This document shows, piece after piece, positions 1 to 14,021 of a stretch of DNA of 64,000 nucleotides. Where the stretch lies: contig MU004237.1 of assembly GCA_010405405.1 (NCBI GenBank), forward strand, positions 534,191 through 598,190, given 5' to 3'. Under the pieces are notes generated by a model, which was not told the DNA's origin, searched no databases, and saw only the letters and a list, made by a program, of their open reading frames with translations. The position numbers and the translations under genes are program-made. This DNA is from Microthyrium microscopicum. Its lineage: Eukaryota. Each line of letters starts with the position of its first letter. Position 1 is the stretch's first letter.

Positions 1-3000
1 GGACTGAATCCACAATGCGACTCACCTTATACTTTCACAGTACTGCGGTTGTGTCTGGAGCACGCAATGGCAAATGCAGCGAAGATGGCAGGCGGTCGCA
101 ATTGACTTGTAGTTGGGTAACTCGGATGTTGGCGCGGTGGGATTGTGGTTGAGTGACGTTGGAGTGGGAGCACTCGATGATGCGGGCTAGGCGTCGGAAT
201 ATTTCAGACGCAACGTAACTAGAGTCTGCAATTCAAACTCGAATAGGTTAGCAAGCTTATCGTAGAATATAAGAAAAAAATAACACGACGTCTAAAAGTC
301 CGAAAGTGCAGGCTGGGCAGTGGATCTTCTTCCAAGATCTGACAGGCTGAGGCCTGGAGAAGAGAAGAGGCAGGAGAAAGGCTCGGCGTATGGTGGAAGT
401 ACAACAGGCAATTGAGCTGGCGGTTGCACCAAAATGGTTCTCTCGTTTATGCGTGGCTGCAGGAAGAAGTGATAGAGCGCTCTCGATGGCAATGAACAGG
501 CAGCGCAAGCGATGGCAAACGGTGGGCCGCGGCGAGGAATGGAACCGAAAGGACCAGGGACAGAGAGAGGATGGTGCGAGGAAACTGACCTGGTGGAGCG
601 GTAGCAATCGGGATTGTACGAGGGAGCGATGATAATGGCGAGAGCAATCGCGTCTAAGAAGTGGTGGTGGTGAGCGAGGTATAGAATGAAGCGTGGGTGT
701 AGATAGTTGCGTGAGGTGTAGTTGAGTAGTGGTAGAGAGGAAGCGGTGAGAGTGGTGGTGGGAGAGATGTGGTTGTTCAGAGGCTCCGGTAGGCTCTGGG
801 TAGTCTGGGGTCCAGTAAAGGCAAGTGCGCTTCGTGAAGGTGGAAGGCACGAAGGGAAGGGTCTGAAGGGTCTGAACTCTGAAGGGTCTTGGCTAATTCT
901 GACGAGCTGCGGGGGTCGCTTGCCTTGAACTTTTCCCCAACTTCCCTAGTTCTTGCCTTGCCTCTCGTCTTCTAGCGCTGCAAAGAGTGCCAATCCAGAA
1001 GGAAAGCTTTGTCGCTCTTGCTGAATTTTAGTCTGGGTTCTGTTGTAACTTCCTAGGAGGGCAGTCGCGGCTACTTTGTCGATCACTGACGGCAGTCGCG
1101 GCCCGTCGATGCTTCTTTCAACAACTAAATCTCCCAACCACGTTGAAGTTCTGAACCACAAAAGAGATCAAGCGCTGGCTTTATCACTTTGACTGGTTGC
1201 CACACGAGTAGAGCCTCACAATCTTCAGCCTGTCGAGGCCGTCAACTAAAAGAAAAAAGGCAGACTCACCACTAGCACTGGTTCCTGAATCGGGCGGCGA
1301 ACAACTCTTCTCGAGAACGTTCTGGTGCGACTGTCCAATACTTCTATCCCCTTTGGCCCCAATATCGTCTCTGGATAAATCCTACGGATGGCAGTGCTTT
1401 GCGCCAGATTATTTGTTGGAAAATCGGCAGCACACTCGTACGAATTGCGCTTCCCCCAGCCTGATTGGGATCTGTGGCCAGACCCTTTTCAGCTGTACAG
1501 TGTACGTATTCGTTCGACTCTGCCAACTATCTCCTATGATTGGTTGGGAGCCGCCGACGACTCGACTTTCTTGCGCGAGTTTGAATGCTGCACGACAGAT
1601 AGCCACCGTCGAAACAAACTCGCTTTGCCTCGGTGCAACGCTTGTTGTTTCTTGACAATGAGACAAACCAAACAGTTACCCAGCGATCTGGTAATGCCCA
1701 CTGTATGGATTGAAATGTTTCGAGGCTTGAATTCGTTGGAATATTTGGCACGTGTAAGATGCTCAAAAGAAAGATGTGCGAGACGCTATGTACACCGCGG
1801 GATCCGATTGAACGTGGGACTAATGTAGACTGCAGCCTTTCAAGTCAGTAATTGTCCAGTCAAAACCCTTCCCGGTCAAATGTGTGGGGAAAGCTTGCTC
1901 AAGCTCCAAGAATGCGGGACAACTGACAGAATGTTGAAAACCAACAACCACTTTCGTTCTTGGTTGAGTAGGTATGGTATGCTGATACAACCGCTTGGTA
2001 GTCAAAAAGTGATCTATGAGAAGAAGATTCTCTGATCGGAGTCGAAGCTTCGTTCGGTTTCCGCGGGAACAGTGGGAAGAATGCGGCTCCCTATATGTCC
2101 CTCAATAACGACGAGAGTGAATCAAGTCCGTGCCAAAGAACGATGCCAATTATCCAGCGAAAAAAGACCAGGGCCACAGACAACTAATATCGTGGAATCT
2201 TTCTTCAAATTCTATGCGACAAGCCTGCAATATCAACTGCTGAGGTAGCTAGCCTAGCTGCAATATCCAGCCGCTTGCACGCAACCTAGTCTTTCTCCGC
2301 AAATTATTCGATGTCCTTCTGGATGTCCGAGGAACTCAAAAGCGGGAGCCAGGGTGTCCTACTCTTCTGCGATGGTTGCGGTGCAATATCAAAGACCTTG
2401 CCCCACTAGCCGCTTAGGTACAGGTAGCCGAAAATTGCAATGAGAGGCTACGGCGGTTACTTGATATTAACGGCTTTGATGCCCTTGCAGATTTGCAAAA
2501 ACCTGGGGAAGGGGTGGTAGGCGAAGGATTCCTTCTTCTTCTATGGAGGCGCGATCGTCCAACCAAGGCCGGAAATTGTAACTGGGAACGGCAACAGTAA
2601 TCTTGTCGGGATGGTTTAGTTCCATGAAAATCTTAGGAGAGGGGTTGGTAGTGAGAGATCAAATTTGGATTTTAAAAGAGTCTGATCTTTATTGCAAAGA
2701 AGCTTAAAGGCAATGACCCGAAAAGGAAATGAGAAGAAGAAATTAAAATAGTATCAAATCATTCACTTGGTTGGCTGCTCGTCCTTTCTTAAATAAGGCC
2801 AGGATGACTACGAGGTCACAGCCCAATATTTCCAACTTTCTTTTTTCTTGCTAGAGAGCAACATAGTTTTTTGTCTTAGAAAGATGTGTCTGCTTAGCTA
2901 TTTCACATCCTAGCCGTATTCAACTGTGCCGGACCCGACCGAGCATCAGCAATCGAATGATGGCTGAAGTGAGCACACCCTTTAGTCTACAGAGCCATGC

Positions 3001-5041
3001 CTACCGAAGCATAGAAAGGCCGGAATTGGTAACGCAGAACAGACCAGGTCTTGTTCTGCCCAACGATGGGGTCAGCTTACCAACGAAGGGTCTCAGGAAA
3101 GACGGCACACGCGTCACCCCAAGTGTCGACTCATACTGTTCTACTAACACTAATCGCGAGGCTCAGTTGCGACCCTGAAGTTGACAAGAATGGTAGAAAG
3201 CCAGACTCTGGTGCAAGGATGGTGGTAAAAAGTTGGCGGGGTGTCTTGTGCGACGCAAGTGTTTTTTGGAACCGGGACAGAGCGGAATGTATTGTCAGAT
3301 GGGCACTTTTGAAGGGAGCATAAGATGGGGGAATTGTAGATGGAGACTGGGGAGGGGATGGCAAATGCACCAATCGACCATGTTTCTGATGCACGATCGA
3401 GAATGGTATGGTGGGCGTAATAGCGCCATCAGGCTCCATGGTGTCAGGCTTTATTGGCTTAGAGATCGAGCATACTTCTAACTTGGCGTAGAGGATGGAG
3501 TAGTTCAAGGGAGGCCTCGCCCAGAACCCGCATATACATAGCATTGATGGGATTGGCTTGGCCCTGCAGGCGACAGATTTGCTTCCAGCACAACATGTCT
3601 TTTTGATGTTGCACTGGGATTACAAGGTTCAATACATTTTTGCCGGCTGGGTAGTGGTTGATCGATGCATTTCTCTTACCATTTGGGTGGTTGAGAACAC
3701 GACATTTGATGGGTCCTCTTTGGAGCTTCGCACGCTTCGCAGGCTGTCGCAAAACGTTTTTGACATGTGAAGTTGGCGCAGCACAAAGATTTTAGTAGCG
3801 TGGCCTGTATCAGTGTGGGCAAGGTGCAAGGCAGCCAGTTGGGCGCGCAAGAGGAAGTGATAGTGAAGGATGGAGTTGGCTTGATAGGTGTAGGTTCCAA
3901 GGATAGGTGAGTACATACAACAATGTTCAGACACAAAGTATCGCGCCGTTTGACCTGCGTTGCTTAGTCGGTGCTGGTTCATCAGATCCATGATGGTTGT
4001 GTTATTAAAAGCACCAATTATGGGTGCTTAGACAGCCTATCCTTGCTGGCCGCGAGGCTGGATGTTGTTGTACTTCCAACGACAAAATTTGAAATAGTGC
4101 TTTTCTTTTTCATATCGTTGAATCTGTTGCTTAGAGCTTGCAGTACTGTAGCAGATGTTGTTGGCTATAGAATTATTAAAGTATGATCATCCTCAAGAGT
4201 CAAGTGGCGATGATGACCGTTGTAGTTGATGGGAACACCAACCTGACAAGCACGCTAGAAAAGGTATCAGGCTGGATTGTACAGAACTAGCCCCCAAAAA
4301 GCTTAGTGCGGCGCAAGGGTGGCTCTTGCCCCAGCTAGCATCGCAACTGCCAAGCGTGTGCAGTGCGACTTCCCTTTCAGACAGGACGACTCCTGCGCTC
4401 TCGCTCAAACTCACCATCGTCAAGTTGGTCCATCCAATTCAGAGCTCCACACCATCTCAAATCCAACCCCCGCTCTCTACAACAATATTTCCAATTCTTT
4501 CTCCACCTCCTACTCTACGAATTGCCCATTTGGTCTCATCGCCCAGCCTATTCTCCCCGCTTTTGCCCGTCGAAACTTGGAAGCGTTTGCCTCTATCCAT
4601 CCCTTTACGTCTGCCTAGTGCACCTCCTCCACCATAATACTTCGGCGACTACACTTCCCGTTCAGACTACATCGCAAGCCACCACCTCCATCTCAAACTG
4701 TCTTGATTCCTCTTTGCTGTTCAGGTCACTCTGCTCGTGCGCCTGCTGTTCGAGACATAGTAGTACACAACCGGCGTCCTTATTTCTCCGCTGTGGACCT
4801 TGCAGCGATATCCGCTACTGCACCGCGCCCGCACAATCTTGAGTAACAAGGGTTTGAGCTTGTTGCCAACCTCTACCGGAGGCCTGGAATCTACTTGGCC
4901 TTGAAAGGCGACTATCATATCTGGCTGCCTATCGCAAGGCTCCCTTTCCTGTTGGCTTGACAGCCGTACTACACCTGTCATTGTTTGGCCATATCATTTC
5001 CCTTGATCGCTGCATCACATTACTCCTCGACTTCTATACCA

Positions 5042-6793
5042 ATGGCTTCGCAATCGTTCAGAGAATCCCTAAACTCGTTAGGCTGGTCCCGGAGAGATCC
5101 AGACACCCCAGTCAACACTAATGCCTCAACACCCATTCTTGGAAGGATCCAATCATTGAACCCATTTGGCAATCGTGGCTATGTTCAGTTGCCTACACAT
5201 GACGGTCCCGGTGCACCATTGCCTGCTCCAAGTCGGCGAGAGGAGGAAGAAGGCTGGTTTGCCCGTAAGTATAATTCCTCGAGGCACTTTCGCATTCCCC
5301 ATCGCATTGGCTTAGCAAGCCATGAGATTGCTGTCCAAGACCATGTCTGTGAGACCATCACCTGCACAAGCTCAAGTTCCAATGTGACCGAGCTCAAGTT
5401 CCTGCGTAGACCAGGCTGTGTTCATGCGGCCTGCGCTTAGCCAGATTTCCTCCCCCTGCATTGCCATGTTTCTCGCTCTCTGTTCCAGATGCATTTGCGA
5501 GCCTTGCTAATACTGACTCTTTGCTTTTTCAGTTAGTCGATGGGATCGACTTTTAGTTTTCGGCGGCCTCAATGTGGCAGCAGCTGTCATGTTTGTCATC
5601 TGTTTTGCACTGATGCCTACGGGTTTGCTACTCGTCCGACCGCGCAAGTTTGCTGTCTTGTAAGTGAAACCTTCAATTCTGCCTCCTGTTACCATTTTCT
5701 CGAGAATTCGAGTCCCAGTCCTCGACATCGACCTAGGCTTGCTTGAACCAGTTTCCAACTTCTAGCTGGCTTGTAAGTTCAAAGGTTGAGGTAATGAACT
5801 TGAATGGCGCTAAACGATCATGGGTTACGATCCGCTCGTATTCGTGCCGCTCCCCGCCCGAGTCGCCTCAAACCTACTTGTAAGCCACCCAGTTTCCACC
5901 TGCTTGCCGTGTAACAAGAATAGACTATGTTGCCGGCAAGATGGTGTAAACTGTAGGACTAGTATTCGCCTTCTCATACATTTACCACGATTTCGTCATC
6001 ACTGTACTTGGGAATGTGAAGCCTTGTAGATCGTTACTAACAACATTGTGTAGATGGACGGTTGGTTCAGCACTATTTCTAGCTTCATGGGCAGTCATGA
6101 TGGGACCGATTCAGTATGGTAAGTCACGCTCACTTGCTTGCTAGACTTCAAGTAGCTCGCAGACTCACCATGGCCTGTTGCATTGATTCTGGTTTTGGCC
6201 CAAATGGGTCAATGTCAATCCCTGTCAGGTCGATATGGCACTATTGATAGGTTCCATGATTGAGGTTAACACACCATTATTATAGCACTCCATTTATTTT
6301 CGGGGCCCAGATTGCCATTTACAGCAGCATACTTTGGCTCGATAGGCCTCACGCTCTGGTTTTCAATAGGTGTAAGTTGTCTTTCCTCATTTCCACTTTG
6401 TCACTCACCATCAGTAATTGTTTACTTGTGCACATTGTGTACAAGTCTGACCATCATTGATGCCATGACATTCCGTTCTGACACGCCATATTCGCACCCA
6501 CTCTACTCTTGACCGTCCCAACCACTCTGATCCAGAAATTGTCGCTTCATTATGTTTCTCGTCCTCTCCGTATCCGATACTTCTCCAACCCCAACAAGAA
6601 ACCCGCTAACGTTTCCCGTCCGCGTGACGGTCAATAGCTTCACAGCACTTTCCTGACTCTGATTGCCTGCATCTTCCAAATATTTGCCTTGCTTTGGTAC
6701 TTGGTGAGCTATTTCCCCATGGGCTCAACAGGCCTGCGATATGCTGCCGGCTTTGCTGGAAATCGTGCCACGGCATGGATGAACGGCTCGTGA
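5042..6793 (+). CDS. SFT2: SFT2/Got1-family tetra-spanning Golgi vesicle-transport protein
   Basis: Five exons joined in frame (5042-5264, 5533-5659, 6054-6118, 6286-6371, 6638-6793) give MASQSFRESLNSLGWSRR...EEEGWFALSRWDRLLVFGG...RPRKFAVLWTVGS...GPRLPFTAAYFGSIGLTLWFSIGLHSTFLTL...WYLVSYFPMGSTGLR. This is a characteristic fungal Sft2 sequence, and all introns are GT..AG. Confidence 0.93.
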
Positions 6794-9213
6794 ATCAAAG
6801 GCTAGAGATCATGATAACAGAACATCTTAATACAACGAATTTTCCTAGCATCCATGGCGCTATATCGTTGATGTGTTCCTAGCATTGCCGAAGATTCGAG
6901 CTTGATGTTGGAGACTTTTGCGATAGGCTCTTGCTATCTTGATCACTATTCAGCTGGTCGAGCGCGAACTTGCATGTCTTCCAAACTATTGCTCAGCTTC
7001 CGCTAGCAGTCGATGACTAGAATGTCTGCTACCATACGCGTTGTACGCGCAAGTCATGCACTGCCTGCTTCAGAAACGCGTTTCCGATCTACGAATATCG
7101 AATAGCATGAATGTCCGTTCGTACCCGACTCCAGAGCCTGAAGAAGCCTACCATGACGCCATGATATATCGCTGAGTCTCAGAGAGCAACATTTATAATC
7201 AAAGTCATGCTTTTCTGAACCACAAAATAGCCTACCCGGCCTGAGCCAGCCTTGCATGACAACTCCAAAATCCCAGTTTGCACCAATGATCCACGCAACA
7301 CTTGCTAGTTCACTATGCTCACTGGCCAGTGGCGGACGGTTGCGGACGGTTGCTCGCCCCGCGAGATCCTAGCTGGTTGTGCTATACTGACAGGCTTCGA
7401 CAAGGTTTACAGACAATGGCGAAGACTAGAAACTGTCGCAATTACCCTTTTGATGCTGGCGTGGTATAATGCTTGGATCAAACTAGGATATGTTGAAGAG
7501 ACCAGTCACTGTACGGGAAGTGGGCATGTCTGCAGCGATAGGAGGCATTACACCAATGCCGTCTTGGCTACTATATGAGACTTTGATGTGCCTATCGTGA
7601 GGGTTCCAGAGAGCTGGGGAGAGCTTGGGCCCGTGATATGTCCGGCTGATCTGTAAACATGCCGACTAAGACAGGCAATCGGGGTGGTGAGTGGTGAGTA
7701 GGGCGGGTTGGTTAGATCCCAGTCTGCTTTGCGCCTTGGAGGGGTAAAACTTTAACTATTCAGAAATCTGGAGATGTTGGTGGTGGGCAAAGTTGATCGT
7801 TGACTTGCACGATGATCTACGTTATGTGCAAATGGACGGTCGCAAGGGTTGATGTGATAGACAAACCTACCGGCTCATTTTCCTACTGGTTCCACGACAG
7901 GAACTGGTGTCTGGGCTCTTGCGATGATCTTGTAGGATTCAGAAATTCTCCGCATTGCGAGCTATCAGGCTGTGTTCAAGGAACAAATCACAGGTGAAGA
8001 GAGCGCGGATGCAGGGTGGGAAGCTTGCAATTGTTTGCTGCAAGTGGCCTGTAGGTGCATTGTGCAGAATGCTAGTGCAGCTCGAGCATGAGTGTTTTAG
8101 CTTTCTGCTGAGGCATGGCGAGGGTTCTAGGTAGATCATTGCGGGACGGGAGGTTGTTGTAACTCCATGGAAGGAAGAGCTTGGGATCATGAGAAGTGGG
8201 GCAAAATCAAGATCTTGATGGTGGGGATTTTGATGGGGCATGGTGGCGAGTTGGCTGAGATGGCTCTCATGGATTTCTTTGTCGCCGAGGTCTGAATTGA
8301 TCGAGGGTGAAGTAGTATTGAAGGTGAGTTGTGCTATGATTGAAATGATTCATTGGAAAGGTTCTCACTAATGGTTTTGGTACTAGGAATAGATTATTCA
8401 ACTCGAGCTGTTGATGTTTTACACTTGTCCTCAGGTGATCTTCATCTTGGTGTCATTATTAACAAGAATAATCGGCACAGAATACTGAACAAAATGAATA
8501 TGGACTGCTGAAAATGGTTACAACTGGAGTCTCCAGCAAAGTAATACCACATATAATTCCATGCCAGTCTTGCGCAAGAACGAGACTACTCGACTATTTT
8601 TAGGAGTTTCATTAATTGTCAAAACGATCCCATTGAAAAAAATACAGTTTCTCAGGTGAGTTATCCCATATCTTCAACACGAGAGCAGGTTTTTTCTATA
8701 CCAATGTTTAACGTGCTTAACAGACGCAATATCTACTATCTCCTAACTTCCTACTAGTCTCTGCAGGTCGGTATTGGCCAGCCGAAGCCCTTCAAATCTA
8801 CATCAAGTCCAAAAGCACCAATGACAGGGCATCATTCATCTCGATGCTTGCTTCTCAATGCTTCAATGAACGGTGTCCAAGAGCCTCATTGCTGGCGCAC
8901 GGTGACCAACGGGCGAATTGCTGGTCCTTTGCGGCCGATACATGCCCCTTATACTACATCTTACGGTCTCTTTGTCCAATACTTTGCTCTGAATGAGCTT
9001 CCTATAGTCCTTTCCCGGTTATGACCTGGTATTCAAATTGCAGGTCCCACCGCTAAGGGCCGATTTGGACTATATACCTACTAAAGAACGACAGCCGAAC
9101 TCCTAAATTAAGTGCGAGCCTGACTGATCCGCCACTGTGGTACATATCTTCACACCAATTCAATCAAAATATGTCTTTTCTTACACCTTTCGTTTTGCGT
9201 CGCTGTTGTCGTC

Positions 9214-11253
9214 ATGGGAGTTCGGTTTCTATTATCAGTGTTACCTCTGGTTGCTGCGCTCCAGCATCTAGCAGAGTAAGTATTTGAATACCTACTCATC
9301 TTTAAATCCTGTACTGACATTTTCAGCCCTCCCGCTCCTGCTATCGCAGCCCCAGCTAGCAAAAGCTATGAGTACATTGTCGTTGGATCAGGCGCCGGCG
9401 GCGGTCCACTCGCAGCTCGTCTGGCACAAGCTGGCAAACGCACACTACTCATCGAAGCTGGTGACGACCAAGGCGACAATATAAACCAGGCCGTTCCCGT
9501 CTTCCACGCCTATAGTACTGAAGATCCATTGATGAGTTGGGACTTCTTTGTCGAGCACTACAAGGATGAGAAGCGCCAGAAGCAAGACGACAAGTATACG
9601 TACGTGACAACGGAGGGCAAGTACTATGTTGGCAAGAACCCACCACCAGGCGCGAAGCCCAAGGGAATTCTATACCCTCGCAGTGGTACTTTGGGTGGAT
9701 GTACGGCACACAATGCGCTCGTTAGTGTAGCGCCTCACGATGCAGACTGGAGTCTTATTCAAAACATGACTGGCGACGATTCATGGAACCCAAAGAATAT
9801 GCGCCGCATCTTCGAAAAGATGGAGAATGCTGTGTATGCCAGCAAAATTTCCTCAGGACATGGACACAGTGGATGGCTGACTCTAAATTTGTTTGACATT
9901 TCGCAAGTTGGTCTCCGCTTCAACCTTCTAGACGTCAATCTGCTGGAAGTGCTCTATGGTGCCGCCAAAGTTACCGGCAGTGGTATCGCTTCCTCGCTCG
10001 GCAACCTTGTTGGCCTCTTACAAAGTGATGTCAACAGTGCTGCTCCCAGTCGGGAGACGACTGAAGGCATGTGGGCTATTCCACTAGCAGTCAAGAATGG
10101 CAGACGTACTGGCTCTCGGGATTTTATATTGGAAGTTTACACTGCCAAAACTGCGGATGGCAAACAGAGGTATCCTCTCGACATTGCATTGAATACATTT
10201 GTGACCAAAGTCACTTTTGGTACTAATGGCTCCAGGCCAGTGGCTAATGGTGTCGAGTATCTCAAGGGACAATATCTGTATCGAAGCAGTCCCAAATCTG
10301 GCAAGAACTCTACTAGTACCAGTGGCAGATTTACCGCAGAAAAGGAAGTCATCCTAGCCGCTGGTACATTCAACACTCCACAACTCCTCAAGCTTAGCGG
10401 TCTAGGACCAAAAGAAGAGCTGCGAAAGCACAATATCTCCCTCCTAGTCGATCTTCCTGGCGTTGGCAAGAATCTTCAAGACCACATGGAAATCGGCATC
10501 ACCCACACACTCCCCAGTGGCAACACTTTCAAGATCATCTCCGACTGCAACTTCAACCACGCTCCCGGTGACAAGTGTCTGGAAGAATGGGCCAAGAGCA
10601 GCACCGGTATCTACTCCGCCTCCAACGGCTTCCCCGCCGCCGTTCTCAAAAAGACCTCCGTAGCCGCCGAAGATCCAAACTTCGGCCACATCTCCGACCT
10701 CTTCCTCTTCGGCGGTCTCGCTGCCTTCCGCGGCTACTACCCCGGCTACTCCAAAGACGTGTACCAGCACGGCAACTGGACCTGGGTCGTGCTAAAAGCC
10801 CACACAGCCAACAACCACGGCACCGTCGAGTTACGCTCCGCAGATCCACTCGACCCACCGATCATCAACTTCAACTTCTTTGATGCAGGTGACCCAGCCG
10901 CCGGCAAGCGCGACGTACAAGCCATGGTCGAAGGCGTGAAACTCGGCCGCAAGCTCAACACGGCGGAAGTCAGCATGGTCGACCAATGGCCTGGCCCTAT
11001 GGTGCAAGATGACAAGGGGCTGGAAGACTATGTCAAGAACGAAGCATGGAGTCACCACGCGTCGTGTACGGCGGCTATTGGCGCAGACAATGACAAGAAC
11101 GCTGTGTTGGATAGTAAGTTGAAGGTGCGTGGAGTCGATGGGTTACGTGTAGCAGACGCGAGTGTATTTCCACGAATCCCTGGTTTCTTTGTCGCGATTC
11201 CGACGTACATGATTGGAGAGAAGGCAGCGGAGTCGATTTTGACGGGCAAATAG
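9214..11253 (+). CDS. Secreted GMC oxidoreductase (AA3 / choline dehydrogenase-like)
   Basis: Signal peptide MGVRFLLSVLPLVAALQ, intron 9276-9326, then FAD-binding YEYIVVGSGAGGGPLAARLA, YPRSGTLGGCTAHN, EVILAAGTFNTPQLLKLSG, catalytic-His region WSHHASCT and VRGVDGLRVADASVFP. Confidence 0.93.
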
Positions 11254-14021
11254 TGGCGGACTGAGGGAATCATTGTAGAGAAAATGTATCATTAGACCTA
11301 AAGCAATATTGTAAGGAGGAATGTACATTGACTTCCATTTTCGTACTGGTACCGTACTGCATGCTTGCATAACAAAACCACGCCGACATGCAATGGTATT
11401 ACGAAGCAACACGGGCACACGAAAGACATGTCTCAGCAAGTATAGCGGTCAAGCCCATAGACATCTGTGGGGGTGGATGAAGTAAGCAATACTCGACAGT
11501 GTTCTAATCTGGAAGCTTACCACCGAAGAATTCAATCTAAAATATGCATATCAAATTCCAGTGCTCTATATCATCATTTCACTAGTCTGCGAATCCGCAA
11601 AGCAACACCACGACCAAAGCTCTTCATAGCTGTAAAGCTTTCACCAATCCGCAGGCCAGCATATCGCACATGCCGGAAATTTGATATGCCGCTAGAACAG
11701 TATCAAAAGGCACAGGACCGTGGTTCGCAAATCTTACATGTTGAAAGCTAACCCGGATCCTGCCATTCCCTGGAATCTACAGGCCAGCGGCGATCGCCGA
11801 ACACGAATGTTGGATCTGGGGTGTTTCAAAAGCTAACTCTACGAATAGAAGAATATGCAAAACTTGTAGTGATCCTCATCTCGAAGACTACCCCGCGTTC
11901 TTCTGTCTTGCGGTGTGAACGACCGGGCGTGATGCATTGTTCGGGGCGGGTATCTCATGTCAGCTTTCCGCCCTATCAGCCTTGCGACATGTTCTATGGG
12001 TGGTTATACAGCATCATTGACAAGCTTGTTCGGGAAGTCGTGCCGTGCGAAGGGCATTTGTTGGATTAGAGTCTAGGATACGATCACGATAGTCGATGGT
12101 GTGGTATTCTATACTGAATCCTGATGGGATTGAATTGACCAGTCTGAATGTGCGATGCGACTTTTGCGCCGCGGCAGCACAGCATTCCCGGTCGATCCAA
12201 GAGATGATGTACACAGAGTAGCAGCCGGGAAACCGCGATCCGACGATATTGCGAGATGGCAAAGGATCGATGTTTCCAAATAAGATGGTATAAATACGAC
12301 CATGAATGAAGTTGCGATATCTAATTAAGGAAGCAGCACCGCTCGATTGACGCGGGCTGCCAAACTGCTGGAAAGTACTTGTAACACAGCCTTCCATAAT
12401 TGTTCCTTCCGCGTCCCTCAATATTGCTTCCCCTGTACATCTCGGGCAACTAGCATCGGCCACTGGCATCGGAAGAGAGGTGTCTCCGAACTTCTAATCT
12501 CTTTTGTTGACAAACAGTGATATTGAGCAAGAGGGACATGCGGGAAATTAGCGGTTCCAAAACACTTACCCAGAAAACGTGCGGTCGCAAATACCCGCGT
12601 TTGAAGGCTGCGAGGGCAATCCAGTTGCCTTGTCACTCTGCATGAATGAGCTCCTCCAACCGAGCTCGTGTTCATGCTGGTTGTGCAGAGTGAAATGTCT
12701 TGCAGCTAATGCATGCACATATCAGCCTCTCAGGAGGCACAGCGCAGCAAATTACAGCCATGTGCCATAAGACTAGGATATCCGAGAACTGCGAAGCAGC
12801 TGCAAGGAGGGTGGGAACGTTGAAACCAGAAACAGGTCGTACATCCTGTGCAGTCGTTGTTAGTCATTGTTTGGATTTTTTGGTATGGTCTGGGTCTGTT
12901 TTTGTGTAACAACAACCGTTTTCGTGGAAAGAAGGGACGGGTAAAGTGAAAATGCGGAGTAGGAGCTGGATCAGTAGAGGGAATGTGCGTTGCGGGCGGT
13001 TGATTACTTGATCCTGGAAGGAATTGTAATAATGCAGGAGCTGAGTTTATCGTGATGTTAATATGGGGCGATAAGCTGTCTTGGAATACAGATTGTCGGT
13101 GCTTGCGATTGGATTTGGTGAACTTGAGGTTCTATTCGATCAGAAACTTGATTGAGATAAGGTACTTTGTGGTAAGTTGCAAGCGATAAGAAATTGAGTC
13201 TGACAAGGAGCATAGCTTGATGTTGATAAAATTTACGAAGCAATTGAATTTTGTCCTGGGCAGGGACTGAATGCAGTGCTTATGCGACAAGAGTTCTCCA
13301 CTTCAGCTGCTTGATCAACGACGTGCAAGAATGTACTGGTTGAGATGTAGGTAGGAACTCAGTATATCCCATACTGCAAAGAGTTGCAATTTCCCAAGTT
13401 CAAATAAGGGGAAATGTAAACAAAAACCATTCAGGGGCTGCTTTCCCTTACTTCCTCCATTGTCTCCTATCTCAATCAAGAGAGTTGGGTTGACATCTGC
13501 ACGGATTGATGCGTGCGTTGAATTGATATTGTAAACGGTTATCTAACCTTATATCTTACCTTATATCTTCTTGAATTTCCGAATGGTTGTATCCTACTTG
13601 GTGATCAAAACCTAAAGTCATACATGGAGCACAGCTTCAGTTAATCAGTACTATAACACTGCCGCTTCGCGACTTCCCTAGATCCTTAAATGACATGATG
13701 GTTCCTAGCTGTAGAAGTCATGTTGACTCGTCTAGATTGGAAGGAGTTGTCGAGTCTTGGTTGTTTACTATCAGTACGGTAGGCGCAAGTCAGCTCGCCA
13801 AACCCATTGGTATTCTAGTCTCCAGCTTCTCTTCGTCTTCTCTTCTTTTCAACTTTCTTCCATCCTCCATCATAGCGCCATTACCACTTCACAGCATCTC
13901 ATTACTCTCTTTCATTGCTGTGTTTCTTTATTTCCATTGCCCTCATCTTTCTCATCTTTCTTATTTCTCTCTCCCCTTTTTTGGCAGCACTTCAATTTGC
14001 ACTTGGCCAGGCATCACCGCA

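Noticed and set aside
1..930. Short overlapping ORFs at the window start
   Set aside because: No recognisable protein. The minus strand looks like a long pyrimidine-rich 5' UTR with a GTGAGT donor near position 25, for a gene outside the window.
2957..3991. Cluster of 70-137 aa ORFs on both strands
   Set aside because: Could not assemble a consistent spliced model or recognise a domain; at most a decayed gene.
4184..4246. TGATGA...CTGA pair resembling a C/D snoRNA
   Set aside because: Too short, with no terminal stem and no recognisable rRNA-complementary guide.
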